Assembly: GCF_009914755.1 (NCBI RefSeq)
Contig: NC_060935.1
Length of the DNA: 64,000 bases
Origin: the human T2T-CHM13v2.0 reference genome, Homo sapiens
Strand: one strand, 5' to 3'
How positions within the stretch are numbered: the first letter of the stretch is position 1; the number at the start of each line of letters is the position of its first letter. Shown piece by piece: positions 54,620 through 64,000 of this stretch. The translations under genes and the position numbers were made by a program. The notes under the pieces are model-generated. The model was not told the origin of the DNA. It was given only the letters and a program-made list of their open reading frames with translations, and did not search any database.

Positions 54620-55490
54620 AGCTGTTTTAATCAGCTATTCCAGCATCACAAAACACAGCTGATTAATACAGCAGCAGTGTCCTGTTTCTCAGAATTGTGT
54701 GGAGGGACTGGCTAGAAGTTCTTCCGTTGGTTTCTTCTAAACTCACTCAGGTGACAACATCCAGCTGGTGGAGAGACTGGGGCAGGACTCAGCTGGGAAA
54801 GCTGTGAAGATGGGGCCATTCTCTCCACGTGGTCTTTCATCCTCCAGGAGGTTAAACTGGGCTTTTCCCCATCACACCGTGGACAATGGTCCAAGAGAGT
54901 AGGAGTGGAACTGCAAGGCCCATCCTGGCAGCCGTACAGCGTCGCTCTCACCACGCTTTGCTGGCCAAAGAACACCATCAGGACATCCCAGATTCAAGTG
55001 TTCGTACTTCACCTTTTAATAGGAAAGGCCACAAATAATTTTTATCTGCTTTTAATCAGCCACAGTCCATCTATAAACAATGATTGTCACTGGTAACAAT
55101 GATTGGCAGCTCCTTCCATCAAAAAGTAGACCCCTTGAATCTGGACCAGCCTTATGAAATGTTTTCAATGATAGAATATGCTGGAGAAGACATGGGCCAC
55201 AGCATCCCAGAAAGGCCATATCTTCTCCTTCCTGGAACACTGCCTTTGCCGTGTGAAAAAGTCTGGTCTAGACTCCAGTAGGATGCAAGACCACGTGGAA
55301 AGAAAGCTACGCCAGGCTCCCGGCTAAGCTCAGCTTACAGTCAACACCGCATGAATGTATCTACATGAGTTTGCCCACAACAGGCCAGAGGAAGAACTGC
55401 CCAACCAACTCACAGAATCACAAGCAATAAGTTGTGGTTTCAAGCCACCACATTTTGGGGTAGTTTGTCACACAGCAGTAGATAACCACC
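54620..55490. mobile_element. MLT1 (MaLR) LTR fragments
   Basis: AGTTGTGGTTTCAAGCCACCACATTTTGGGGTAGTTTGTCACACAGCAGTAGATAAC is a MaLR 3' end; an opposite-sense MLT-like piece lies at 54620-55030. Confidence 0.6.
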
Positions 55491-55768
55491 TCCGGGGCTT
55501 TCAGCATCAGGAATTGTGCAAAGTCTCTCTGAATTTGTCATTAACATAACTGCTCCTAAGTCTGGTGCCCTGGCCTCTTGGCTGCAAGATTGCCAACTTT
55601 AGGTTAAGAGTCTACTTCTGAACCAACCAGCTATGGCAGAAAAGTGAGGGGCTGAGTCACTTAGCACAGACAGAGGTCCTGAGGGTCACCCAAGCTGATA
55701 CCTCCTGTTACCTCCACACTGCATCCCAAGGAGTCTGCTATTTCTGATCTCAATCTTCAAAACCCTAG

Positions 55769-63870
<8,102 letters not shown>

Positions 63871-64000
63871 CTCTTAAAAATTTTTTTAAGTTGTCTATAA
63901 ATTAGTTGCTGCTGCTATTTTTTATTAATACTACTAACAGTAATTATATACTGTCTTTCTTTAAATATGTATTGAGTATTCACTATGTGTCAGGTGCTGT

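Overview
Human (primate) genomic DNA, not microbial. The left end holds intron 1, coding exon 1 and the promoter of the brain-specific homeobox gene BSX on the minus strand (recalled locus 11q24.1, with HSPA8 further right, outside the window). The remaining ~62 kb is BSX upstream intergenic sequence dense in Alu, L1, L2, MIR, MaLR and hAT repeats. It contains a full-length processed SAE1 pseudogene, an RPL34 processed pseudogene nested inside a 5'-inverted L1, a 72-bp mitochondrial insertion (NUMT; tRNA-Glu/ND6 junction), a 1.1-kb phase-perfect (GGT/GAT)n repeat and an upstream CpG island. A near-consensus REST/RE1 silencer abuts a G-quadruplex/GC-box tract at the BSX promoter. There is also a strong CTCF motif and several repeat-free, homeodomain-motif-rich blocks that are candidate BSX enhancers. 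I see no evidence of a new protein-coding system. Nearly all listed ORFs are Alu- or microsatellite-derived. The most interesting signals are cis-regulatory and insertion-history features. Repeat boundaries and subfamilies were called by eye and are approximate. Comparisons to reference sequences are from memory, not from searches.
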